Below, piece by piece: positions 12,858 through 24,570 of a stretch of DNA of 64,000 bases. A program made the translations under genes and the position numbers. Origin of the DNA: Mobula hypostoma (taxonomy: Eukaryota); NCBI RefSeq assembly GCF_963921235.1, contig NC_086097.1:41790001-41854000 (forward strand), given 5' to 3'. Within the stretch, counting starts at the first letter, position 1. Each line of letters begins with the position of its first letter. The notes below the pieces were generated by a model. That model did no database searches and was not told the origin of the DNA. It worked only from the letters and a program-made list of their open reading frames with translations.

Positions 12858-14396
12858 CAGTATATTCAGATGTTTTCCATTTATTAATCTACCTGACTTG
12901 AAGTTTCCATATGGGTCAAGATATTTCAAGTCATTCTGAAACTTGTAGCTTTGAATAGTTCATCCCTTTTGTAGACATACAGGACTCCTGTTCTTATGTG
13001 CTGAATAGAGGATGTGGTAAATGTGGTGGATTACTTTGCTGTGGAATGAGCATGGTACAATTTTTTCAAACCTTAAGGGGAACTTAACTTAAGAGGAAGT
13101 GGGGAGCAGATGTTCTTTTGGTAAGGTTGGGAGAGCAAGTGGACTTCAGCAAGAAAGGTCAAGAGGCAATATCTAGTCTAAGTAAAATGTGAACTTTGAA
13201 TTGATTGCATGCATGCAATTGAATAGAGTGTGCAGATTTTGACAGTTATCTTAGAGCAAGTGGAACCACAGATAGAACCCAAATAAATTATTACAGCAAA
13301 TAAACTTTCACTCTTCATGATCTTTCATGTGAGCAGCCCATTTTATTTTGACTTTTAAGCAAATCTCTTCTTTATATTCCATTGAAAGAAATACAGAAAG
13401 GTTATGAAGGTGAAAATTGGCTCCTTATCATTTGATGGGCTTTACCAGAACAATTGGATCTTTATTTCAAGTTAAAAAATCTGAAAATTGCTGTCAGTAA
13501 GCAGGATGTGCTAGAATGCAGAAGCTAGCCTGGATAAGAAGCTGCAGGATGCTGCAGGAGTGGAAATACATCTTTATATACAAAAGGCATTTGGCTACAA
13601 AACTGAAGGTTAAAAGAGCAGTGCTCAAACTGGAGTCACTCAGACTGCGACAGGGATGAGTACAGGGGAGCTCGGTCATTTCCAATCTACATTTATGATT
13701 TGATCTTAGAAATTGAAAGTACAATTTAAAAATTTGTAAATAACAACAACTCTTCTGAGTATTGAGCCTAAACAAAAAATGCCATTAAACCCCCATTCTG
13801 CAAATTTGTTCGTTGATACGTTTATTTACAGTACCTATCTATGCACCGCATACGAGGTGGGGCAATTCTGGAGAAAGGGTCCAGAGAACACAGAGTGCTA
13901 GCTAAACCTGCTGAGCGGGTTTGAGAAAGAGTGGTCACACGTCATTAAAAATGATTATACAAAATTCTATGTTGTAGAAGACTAATATTGAGTCCTGTGC
14001 AAAACAGCAAGCATGTTGCCTCAGCTGAGTCGATATGCTTAGAAAACAAAGCTGGTATACATTATTCTCTGCAAACTGGAAGATGGAGGAAAACGCGGAG
14101 GCAAAACGCTTTGTCCTCAGTAAGGCAGAGGCAGAACGTTCTGTCCTCAGTAAGGCGGGGGAAGAACGCTTTGTCCTCAATAAGGGCCTCACCTTTGTCC
14201 CCCTTCGCCCACACCTCAGCGAGTTCCGTGTTCACCATGATGGGGAACTCTTCTTCCGCTGTCTCCATCTCCGAGCCTACTTCTTCGGCAAAGACTCATA
14301 CACCCCCACCGATGACCCCTTCTCCCGTCTACAACCCTCCTCCTCTTCATGGACACCCCGCTCTGGTCTTCTGTCTGCTCTGGATCTCTTTATCCG

Positions 14397-16552
14397 GAGG
14401 CAGAATGCTCTGTCCTCAGTGAGGGCCTCACCTTTGTCCCCCTTCGCCCACACCTCAGCGAGTTCCGTGTTCGCCATGATGGGGAACTCTTCTTCCGCTG
14501 TCTCCGTCTCCAAGCCTACTTCTTCGGCAAGGACTCATCCACCCCCACCAATGACCCCTTTCTCCCGTCTTCAACCCTCCTCTTCTTCATGGACACCCCG
14601 CTCTGGTCTTCTGCCTGCTCTGGATCTCTTTATCGCTAACTGCCGACGGGACATCAACCGTCTTGACTTCATCGCACCTTGTTCCCATTCCAACCTCACT
14701 CCTTCGGAATGCTCTGCTCTCCAATCCCTCCGCACTAATCCTAACCTTATTATTAAACCCACCGATTAGGGGGGTGCTGTTGTAGTCTGGCGTACTGACC
14801 TCTACCTTGCCGAGGCACAGCGACAACTCGCGGATACCTCCTCTTATTTACCCCTCGATCGTGACCCCACTAAGGAGCACCAGGCCATTGTCTCCCACAC
14901 CATCACTGACTTTATCCGCTCAGGGGATCTCCCATCCATTGCTACCAACCTTATAGTTCCCACACTCCGCACTTCCCATTTCGACCTCCTACCCAAGATC
15001 CACAAACCTGCCTGTCCTGGCCGACCTATTGTCTCAGCTTGCTCCTGCCCCACCGAACTCGTTTCTGCATACCTCGACACGGTTTTATCCCCCCCTTGTT
15101 CAATCCCTTCCTACCTATGTTCGTGACACTTCTCACACTCTTAAACTTTTCAATGATTTTAAGTTCCCTGGCCCCCACCGCTTTATTTTCACTATGGATA
15201 TCCAGTCCCTATATACTTCCATCCCCCATCAGGAAGGTCTCAAAGCTCTCCGTTTCTTTTTGGATTCCAGACCCAATCAGTTCCCCTCTACCACCACTCT
15301 GCTCCGTCTAGCAGAATTAGTCCTTACTCTTAACAATTTCTCCTTTGGCTCCTCCCACTTCCTCCAAACTAAAGGTGTAGCTATGGGCACCCATATGGGT
15401 CCTAGCTATGCCTGCCTTTTTGTTGGCTTTGTGGAACAATCTATGTTCCGTGCCTATTCTGGTATTTGTCCCCCACTTTTCCTTCGCTACATCGACGACT
15501 GCATTGGCGCTGCTTCCTGCATGCATGCTGAGCTCGTTGACTTTATTAACTTTGCCTCCAACTTTCACCCTGCCCTCAAGTTTACCTGGTCCATTTCCGA
15601 CACCTCCCTCCCCTTTCTAGATCTTTCTGTCTCTGTCTCTGGAGACAGCTTATCCACTGATGTCTACTATAAGCCTACTGACTCTCACAGCTATTTGGAC
15701 TATTCCTCTTCTCACCCTGTCTCTTGCAAAAACACCATCCCCTTCTCGCAATTCCTCCGTCTCCGCTGCATCTGCTCTCAGGATGAGGCTTTTCATTCCA
15801 GGACAAGGGAGATGTCCTCCTGTTTTAAAGAAAGGGGCTTCCCTTCCTCCACTATCAACTCTGCTCTCAAATGCATCTCCCCCATTTCACGCACATCTGC
15901 TCTCACTCCATCCTCCCGCCACCCCACTAGGAATAGGGTTCCCCTGGTCCTCACCTACCACCCCACCAGCCTCTGGGTCCAACATATTATTCTCCGTAAC
16001 TTCCGCCACCTCCAACAGGATCCCACCACTAAGCACATCTTTCCCTCCCCCCCCTCTGCTTTCTGCAGGGATCGCTCCCTATGCAACTCCCTTGTCCATT
16101 CGTCCCCCCCATCCCTCCCCACTGATCTCCCTCCTGGTGCTTTTCCTTGTAAGCGGAACAAGTGCTACACATGCCCTTACACTTCCTCCCTTACCACCAT
16201 TCAGGGCCCCAGACAGTCCTTCCAGGTGAGGCGACACTTCACCTGTGAGTCGGCTGGGGTGATGTACTGCGTCCGGTGCTCTCGATGTGGCCTTCTATAT
16301 ATTGGCGAGACCCGACGCAGACTGGGAGACCACTTTGCTGAACACCTACGCTCTGTCCGCCAGAGAAAGCAGGATCTCCCAGTGGCCACACATTTTAATT
16401 CCACATCCCATTCCCATTCTGACATGTCTATCCATGGCCTCCTCTACTGTAAAGACAAAGCCACACTCAGGTTGGAGGAACAACACCTTATATTCCGTCT
16501 GGGTAGCCTCCAACCTGATGGCATGAACATCGACTTCTCTAACTTCCGCTAA
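14397..16552 (+). pseudogene. Penelope-type reverse transcriptase / GIY-YIG endonuclease, disrupted
   Basis: RT motifs MDIQSLYT, GVAMGT.MGP.YA and RYIDD; Cys linker CKRNKCYTC; VMYCVRCSRCGLLYIGET..EH..H. There is a premature TAG at 14767-14769 (in xDKGG), a frameshift at the C-run near 15090 and probably others near the 5' end. Confidence 0.9.
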
Positions 16553-16848
16553 TGCCCCACCTCCCCCTCGTACCCCATCCGTTATTTATTTTTATACACA
16601 CATTCTTTCTCTCACTCTCCTTTTTCTCCCTCTGTCCCTCTGAATATACCCCTTGCCCATCCTCTGGGTCCCCCCCCCCACCTTGTCTTTCTTCCCGGAC
16701 CTCCTGTCCCATGATCCTCTCGTATCCCCTTTGCCAATCACCTGTCCAGCTCTTGGCTCCATCCCTCCCCCTCCTGTCTTCTCCTATCATTTTGGATCTC
16801 CCCCTCCCCCTCCCACGTTCAAATCTCTTACTAGCTCTTCCTTCAGTT

Positions 16849-16884
16849 AGTCCTGACGAAGGGTCTCGGCCTGAAACGTTGACT
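16849..16884 (+). ncRNA. Minimal type I hammerhead ribozyme motif
   Basis: AGTC-CTGACGA-AGGGTCTCGGCCT-GAAA-CGTT-GACT: stem I AGTC/GACT, both core boxes, a stem II hairpin and a palindromic ACGT stem III. Confidence 0.85.
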
Positions 16885-17084
16885 GTACCTCTTCCTAGAG
16901 ATGCTGCCTGGCCTGCTGCGTTCACCAGCAACTTTGATGTGTGTTGTTAGATGGAGGAGAAAGTTGGCTGATATTTTTCAGAAAATGAAAGGGGTTCATA
17001 GGAAAAGCTTTGAATTCTGGGTAGTCCAAAACTAAATGTGCTAAGTATAAAATCAGGGCTAACAAATCAGATCGGTAATGCCAA

Positions 17085-17268
17085 CACAAAATGCTGGAGG
17101 AATTCAGCAGGCCAGGCAGAATCTATGGAAAAGAGTGAACAGTCAACATTTCAGACCAAGACTCTTCATCAGAACTGGAGAAACAAAGATGAGAAGTCAG
17201 AGCTAACTTTCATCCAGCATTGTGTGTGTGTTGTTTGGATTTCTAGCATCTGTAGATTTTCTCTTGTA
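17085..17268 (-). mobile_element. ORF-less Penelope pseudo-LTR mini-element with decayed hammerhead (17141-17176, minus)
   Basis: The minus strand reads AGTT-CTGATGA-AGAGTCTTGGTCT-GAAA-TGTT-GACT. Flanks are ggtaatgccaa (17074-17084) and ggtaataccaa (17269-17279). Confidence 0.75.
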
Positions 17269-17665
17269 GGTAATACCAAATAAATTTCTTTGTCAAAAAT
17301 GCAGTAGGAATATGAACGGAGTTACCTAGAAGAGGCATATGAAAGGAAGTGTATGTAAATTACAGAGGATTATTTAGTCCATCACCTTCACTGAGGAGCC
17401 CAGTTAGTTCTGAATGTCTTCCAGGCCCTCTTTTCTACAGTTTTCATATTGAATTGTTTGTCAGATGCCCTTGTGAAGCATTTTAAATCTCTGCCAATTG
17501 TTGTCTCTCAGTCAATGCATTGATAACCCCCTCCATTCATTGTCTAGGATATTTGTCTCTGATTCTTTGCCAATAACCCTAAATTACTGGTGCCCTTAGA
17601 TTAATAGAAACAGTTAATCTTTATTTTCTTTATCTAAGTGCTTCATGAATTCAAATGTCAAACTC

Positions 17666-18200
17666 TCAGATTTCTACTGACGTACCATGGAGAGCATTGT
17701 GACTGGTTACATCACCATCTGGTATAGAGGGGCCAATGCACAGGGTCAGAAATAGCTGCAAAAATTTGTAAACTCTGCCAGCTCCATCATGGGCACTAGT
17801 CTCCCCCGCATCGAGGACCACTTCAAAATGTAATGTCTCTAGAAGGCAGCATCCATCATTAAGGATACCCCTCTCCCTGAACATACGCTCTTCTCATTGC
17901 TACTATCAAGAAGGAGGTAGAGGAGCCTAAAGCCAAACACACCCAACATTTCAGGAACAGCCTCTTCACCTCGGTCATCAGATTTCTGAATGGACATTGA
18001 ATCCATGCACACTCTCTCACTATTTTGTTTTCCTCTCTTTTTGCACTACTTATTGAATTTAACTTTATAGAATATATTTCTTATTGTCATTTATAGCTTT
18101 TTTTAAAGTATATATTGCAATGCACTGTCGCTGCAGAACAACAGATTTTACCAACTATGGCAATGATATTAAACCTGATTCCAATTCTGATCCTGATCCT
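17666..18200 (+). mobile_element. Rex1/Babar-like LINE 3' fragment with (CTGATT)-like tail
   Basis: Homologous to 47320-47870 and ends 'attaaacctgattccaattctgatcctgatcctg'. Confidence 0.8.
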
Positions 18201-19417
18201 GTTTCCATCATATTCCCTCTCAGATTTTGCTGTCTGATGGTATATTATTCATGATTTTCAGTTTTTCCACAGGACTCTAATAATGCTTCACATCAAAATC
18301 ATATTATGAAATTACTTTTTGCACCCTGTCTATAGCTTGCGTGTGTGGTGCCCAGAATGTAACACAGTACTGCAGCTTTGACTGATAGTACAATAACAAG
18401 AACAATCGGGGCAAAGGATGAGAAACGTCTGCTAACAGAATTGGATAAAAAGCATGAAAGGCAGCTTTTACACACACTTGGAGTCAACAATTGACTTTTA
18501 CAGGGTAATATAAAGGTCATTACAGGGACATTTTTGCATTATAATACAGGAGATGGAACAGAAAAGGGATTGGCAGAAAGACTTTGGGGAATGCAGGTGG
18601 GAAAGAGAAGAAAGGAAAAAAAGTTGAACAAATTAAAGGAAAGAATAATATATAAAAAGAAAGAGGAAAGAAGTAGCAGAAAGCCCAACCGGACAGAAGG
18701 TTAACAGAATGTTAAGGTAAGAATTGCAATGGGAACTGAGGATGAGACGAGAGGTAGTGATTAATGGAAGAGGGGGAAGAAGGAGGGCAAGAGAAGTGGG
18801 GAGAAGGCAAGAGGCAAGCCACAACTAAGATAGAGAGGATAACGGAAAAGAAATTACAGAGAAATGACACACAGAAAATTCAGGAGGAACTCAGAGGCCA
18901 CACAACATTAATGGAAAAGAGGAAACAGTACATTTGTGCTGCAAAGTAACACTATAGCTATGCTAGCCATCTTGCTTGTCAATACTAATCTCAATTTCCT
19001 GTATTCATTCCACATCCCTCTATGCCTTGCTTACTCTATTCCCTGTTAGGGTGCCTCTTAACTGTTGTTACTGTTTCTGTATCCACCACTTCCTCTGGCA
19101 GCTCATTTCAGATACCAACTACTCCTTGTGTGAATGATCTACCCCTTGGATTTCATTTTACCCTCAGATCTCCTGGAGACAAGAAGAGAATGGCGGAGGA
19201 GGAGAGAAGGGGTGAAGTGAAGACTGAAGGTTTAGTGAAGAAGAAGGAACGATTTAGTAAAAAGAGGGTGGACAATTAGAAGTAAATTCATGCGAAACAG
19301 TGAGAGGATGGTAAGAGAATAATTTTGACAGGGTGGAGGCTTTTATCAAAGTTAATGTGAATGCATCATCTGTAGGGAAAATCATGGTGTGTTTATTTTT
19401 GGTAAGTAGAATGACAT

Positions 19418-20292
19418 GGGGAGTCAAGTTAGGAAAAGGGGAAGTACAACGAGATCTAGGTGTTCTTGTACATCAGTCACTGAAAGCAAGTCTGCAGGTA
19501 CAGCAGGAAGTGAAGAAAGCTAATGGCATACTGGCCTTCATAACAAGGGGGATTGAGTACAGGAGCAAAGAGGTCCTTCTGCAGCTGTACAGGGCCCTGG
19601 TAAGACCACACCTGGAGTATTGTGTAAACACAAAATAATGATGAAGGGTTCCGGCCCGAAACGTCGACTGATCTTTTCCACGGATGCTGCCTGACCTACT
19701 GAGTTCCTCCAGCGTGTTGTGAGTGTTGCTGGAGTATTGTGTGCAGTTTTGGTCTCCAAATTTGAGGAAGGACATTCTTGCCATTGAGGGAGTGCAGCGT
19801 AGCTTCACAAGGTTAATTCCCGGGATGGCAGGACTGCCATATGTTGAAAGATTGGAGCGACTGGGCTTGTATACACTGGAATTTAGAAGGATGAGAGGGG
19901 ATCTGATTGAAACATATAACATTATTAAGGGATTGGACACGCTGGAGGCAGGAAGCATGTTCCTGCTGATGGAGGAGTCCGGAACCATAGGCCACAGTTT
20001 AAGAATAAGGGGTAGACCATTTAGAACGGAGTTGAAGAAAAACTTTTTCACCCAGAGAGTGGTGGATATGTGGAATGCTCTGCCTCAGAAGGCTGTGGAG
20101 GCCAAGTCTCTGGATGCTTTCAAGAAAGAGATGGATAGAGCTCTTAAAGATAGCGGAATCAAAGGTTATGGGGATAAGTCAGGAACTGGATACTGATTGT
20201 GGATGGTCAGCCATGATCACAGCGAATGGCGTGCTGGCTTGAAGGGCCAAATGGCCTACTCCTGCACCTATTGTCTATTGTCTATTGTCTAT
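19418..20292 (+). mobile_element. Young 5'-truncated CR1 LINE interrupted by a mini-element
   Basis: ORFs 19333-19638 and 19723-20196 are the same-frame CR1 RT C-terminus. The sequence is very similar to 38420-39165 and ends in a (TATTGTC)n tail. Confidence 0.92.
19626..19728 (+). mobile_element. 103-bp hammerhead-bearing Penelope-derived insertion
   Basis: Perfect 14-bp TSD CTGGAGTATTGTGT at 19612-19625 and 19729-19742. Contains TGATGA-AGGGTTCCGGCCC-GAAA-CGTC-GACT. Confidence 0.9.
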
Positions 20293-21559
20293 ATGAGCAG
20301 GAGATGGAGTTGTTGGAGTCTCAGTTGTAGGAGGAATTTGTTAGCTGGAGAGACATTGGAGACTGGTGGTGCCATAATGCCCAAGAGAGAGTAGATGGGA
20401 AAGTTATAACTGCTCTCATCTCGAAGGATGTATCAACTCAATATCTACTCAGTAGAGATGTTAATTAGAGGAAATTTAAGAGACTGGGGAAGGAAAATTG
20501 AAGGCACAGCTGCCATCGCAATTAAAATTGGGAAGTACAGGCACCTGGGAAGATTTTTAGATTGAATTGCCAAGAATAAATTCTCTCAAAATTGCTTTGA
20601 AAGTCTGTTGTGTTGGCATAGAGGAGAGAATTCTACTCAAGCAGATGCTTTCTCCAATTCCTGATTTGTTAATCATGATCTTTTGCTCATTGCTATAAGA
20701 TAGACAGATGTATTTAAACCATTGGGTGCATCCTTATAAGCTGGGTAAGATATCTGGCTTGAATTTTCTCCGGAGAGCTGTAACTCTTGAACATTCTTTA
20801 TGAGTTATAACCATAATTTAAACAGAATGGCAGCAATTTTCTATCTTAACTGCATGAATAAGAAACAGTATTCCATAAAGTATGTTGGAAATTGCTGCAT
20901 TTTAATGCATAAATTTAATGTAGTGACCATAAGTTTCAATGGTTCAAAGCATTGTATCAGGTTGAAATAGAAAATGAAATCAAATAAATAAAACCAGAAA
21001 TGGACATTCCCATAAAGATGTTCAGGAATAAACTTTAGTGATAATGCTGTACAATGGATTCATTTCAGAATTATCCATTACTTAAAGCTAAATGCACAGT
21101 TTTTTTTTAATCTAATGGATTTCTACTCTTAAAATGTTCCTCTGTCTCGTAGATATTGATTCTTCTTCAGTAGTCATCCAGCAGCTTGTCCACAAAGCCA
21201 ATGGTTATATTTGAGCCCAGTGGTAATTGTAAGAAACTATTTGATCACCAGGGACCAATTCAATAGACACCTGTACATTTCCCAGCGGGGGTCTTCACAA
21301 AGGTGAGCCACACTTTCCCAAGTTACGTCAAGAATAAGGCCTCTCAGTTGGATGGCATACCAAAAAGGTCACACATGTTAGCATTCCGTCAAGGAGATGC
21401 TGTTTTTAAGCTCTGTTGAAAATATTTCAATCAGCCCAACATACATGCAGTTGCAGATTCAAACATTGCTGGTGAGCTGTCATGCCTTTTGGCTGGTCTA
21501 GATCTTGCTATATCAGAAAACTGAAGAAGGATTCACAGAAACATAGTACAAAGGAGATC

Positions 21560-21840
21560 AGGATCTGGGTACTGCAGTTATATTGCTTCCCAAACCTGCA
21601 ACCTCTGTCATCAAGATGTACAAGGAGAGCAGGCATACTTAAACATCACCATCCTGACTTGGTAATGCACTGCTGCGTCTTCATAAACATTGCATATAAA
21701 TTCCCAAATTCCCACATAACAGCACAATACAATATCTTTACAAAAGGACTCCAATAGTTAGAGAAGGTGGCTAATTGCCCCCTTTTCAAAGGTGTTTAAG
21801 AATTGGGATGATGTCCAGATATTACAAATGAATAAATAAA
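21560..21840 (+). mobile_element. Ancient CR1/L2-group LINE 3' relic
   Basis: Decayed LINE-type 3' region ending in 'aaatgaataaataaa'. Recognition is weak. Confidence 0.4.
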
Positions 21841-22182
21841 AGCAGCCAAGACCACGGTGGATCACAGCGTTGTGTGGGTACCTGGAGGGGCAGAGGCAGT
21901 GGCTTCAGTCATTAGAGTATCAGATAAGATGACATTACCAACTGTACGATACAGTTTTATCTAAGACCAAGGTTAATCCACTTGCAGCCCAGAAACAGGC
22001 CCTTTGGCCCATCTACTCTGTGCTGAACTATCAGTCTGCCTAGTTCCATTGACTGGCACCAAAACCATATCCCTCCATACCCCTCTTATCCACGTACTTA
22101 TCCAAACTTCTCCAGACTCTGATCATCCTCTGAGTGAAGAAGCTCCCCCTCATGATCACCTTAAATACTTAACTTTTCACCA

Positions 22183-22704
22183 TTAACACCCTGGGAAAGG
22201 TTTCACTGCTAATGTAATGGTCGTTTTGCAGAAGTAGTGTTTGGGTTACGGTTAGAAATAATGGGTGATTTGGAATGTAAGCTGGGGCATTTGTTCGGCA
22301 AGAGAGGAAGAGAGAAGACACTGGAGAGAACTGGTCATAGGATTTGACCCAATGGGGGACCGTGATTTGATGGAGCAAGGTACCAGGGTGTACACAGGAC
22401 TGGTGAATATGTGTGACTTTTGAAAGAGTTGAGCACCAATTTATGCACATTTGACTGTTTAATTATAAAGGGCCCTTTTTGTTTTTTTTTCTTTCTTTTC
22501 TTTACTAATCCTTTAGTTAAGATTCATAAATATAATTCCTTTAATTGTATGCAGTGTTCTGTGTTTTATTTCTTGGCTCTGAGTTTTAACAGGGCAGCAA
22601 ATCACACAAGGCAGGGTTTGGGTTGGGAGAGCTCTCTCAATCTCAGGGGTCTGGCGGGACCAGGGAGTGTCTTCCCCAGACTTACGCAGCCAATGGTGTT
22701 CACA
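22183..22704. mobile_element. Probable solo LTR inserted in the CR1 3' region
   Basis: About 520 bp interrupts the CR1 sequence 'ttttcacc...cccttaacccatga'. The termini TAACACC...GGTGTTCACA resemble TGTAACACC/GGTGTTACA LTR ends. Confidence 0.55.
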
Positions 22705-24379
22705 CCCTTAACCCATGATCTCTAGTTGTAGTCCCAGCCAACCTCAGTGGAAGAAGTCTGCTTACATTTACCCTATCTATACCCCTCATAATTTTGTACA
22801 CCTCTATCAAATCTCCCTTCAGTCTTTTACATTCTAGGGATTGAAGTCCTAACCTGTTCAATCTTTCCCTATAACTCAAGTCCTCAAGTCCCAGCAACAT
22901 TCTTGTAAATTCTCTCTTTCAATCCTATTGTCATCTTTCCTGTAGGTCTGTGACCAAAACTGGACACAATGCTCCATCATCCTCTTCTTGTAAAATTCAC
23001 CATCATCTTGTAAAATTTTGACATAACACCCAAGACTTGTACTCAATACATTGATTTATGAAGGCCAATGTGCCAAAAGAGTTCTTTATGATGCTATCCA
23101 CCTGTAGTACTACCTTAAAGGAATCATGGATCTGTATTCCCAGATCCCTCTGTCCTACCACACTCCTCAGTGTCCTACTCCTCAGCATCCAAGTCTTTCC
23201 TCAGTTGGTTCTCCCGAAGTGTAACACCTCACACTTGCCATTTGCCATCTTCCATTATTCATCCCATTTCACTCGCTGATCCAGACCCCGCTGCAATCTT
23301 TCCCGTTTCCACTGCACTCCTTTCTAGGATGTTAGTCTTCCTCCGGTTCAGGTGCAAACCATCCCTTCTGTGTTGGTCTCACCTTCTCTGGAACAGAGCT
23401 CATTGTCCAAAAATTTGAAGCGTTCCCCTCTGCACCAACTCCTTAGCCATGTGTAAAACTGCATAATCTTCCTGTTTCTGGCCTCGCTAGCACATGGCAC
23501 AGGTAGCAATCCTGAGATCATAATCCTGGATGTCCTGTCCTTTAATTTAGCACCTGACTCCCTGAGCTCACTTTGTAGGACTTCATCATGCTTCACAGCC
23601 AGGTTATTGGTACTAACATGGGCCATGACCTCTAGCTGCTCACCCTCCCACTTAAGAATGCTGTGGACTTGATCCAAGATGTCCCTGACCCTGGCACTCG
23701 GAAGGCAACAAACCATCCAAGATTCTTGCTTTTGACAACAGAACCTCCTTTCTCTTCCCCTAACCAATGAATCCCCAACCACTACAACTCACCTCTTCTC
23801 CCCCTTTCTTTTCTGAGCCTCAGAGTCAGACTCAATGCTGAAGCCCTGACCACTTTCCTCTGCTAGGTCATTTCCCCCAACAGTATCCTGTCATTGGGGG
23901 AGGGGGGGAAATGCCCACAGAGTTACTCTGCACTGGCTGCCTATACCCTTTACCCTTCCTCACGGTCAGCCAGTTACCTGTGTCCTGCACATTCGGTGCA
24001 ACTTGCTCTCTGTATGTCTTGTCTATAAATCCTCAGCCCCCGAATGTTCTGGAGTTCATCCAGTTTCAGTCTGTTAGAAGCTGCAGCTGGATGCATTTCC
24101 TGCAGGTGTAGTCATCATGCACACTGGGTGTCTCCTTGTCTTCTCACATCCCACAAGAGGAGCATTTTAGTATCCTATCAGGCATCCCCTCTGTTCTAAA
24201 TGTGCAAAAAGAAATTTTTAGAAAGGGTAAATAACAAACAAAAATAATCATCTACCTGTGGCCTAGCCTCTCCTCGATGAACCAAGGCTTACTCAAACAC
24301 TGGCCCCTCTGCTTAAACCTAACTTCTTTATATTGGTCTTGACCAAGTGACAGATTATGCACAATTCAATATCTCCTCG

Positions 24380-24570
24380 GGTCTGTGGTGCACAAAATGT
24401 GCTGACTGCCCCCACTTGCTTTTTTTTAAACTCTCTCTTCCTCCAAGCAGTCCTGTGTCTCCCCAGGACAATGGTACGCAAAATTATGCCGACTGTTCCT
24501 GCTCGCTTCTCTTAAACCCTCTCGCCCTCCAAGCAATCCAGTGTCAGGACTGTGGTGCACAAAACGAGTG
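24380..24570. repeat. About 81-86-bp imperfect tandem monomers at the CR1 5' end
   Basis: Units start at 24380, 24466 and 24547 (ggwcWRtggtRcRcaaaa). Confidence 0.75.

Larger units (their letters stand above)
14091..16948 (+). mobile_element. Penelope-like element (Neptune-like), 5'-truncated, with 3' pseudo-LTR
   Basis: RT plus GIY-YIG ORF, a pyrimidine-rich 3' region and a terminal repeat. The flanking direct repeat AGATGGAGGA lies at 14081-14090 and 16949-16958. Confidence 0.92.

Noticed and set aside
14098..14187. 30-bp repeats as a CRISPR-like array
   Set aside because: The repeats are adjacent with no spacers, are part of the Penelope ORF, and the context is eukaryotic.
16539..16950. 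Overlapping 130-132-aa ORFs in the Penelope 3' region
   Set aside because: Low-complexity by-products of the pyrimidine-rich pseudo-LTR.
18560..18900. Purine-rich stretch with short ORFs
   Set aside because: Low-complexity sequence, possibly a decayed repeat. Nothing specific is supportable.
21153..21302. Candidate exon between 'ctctgtctcgtag' and 'aag/gtgagc'
   Set aside because: All three frames contain stops. A non-coding exon cannot be supported without RNA data.
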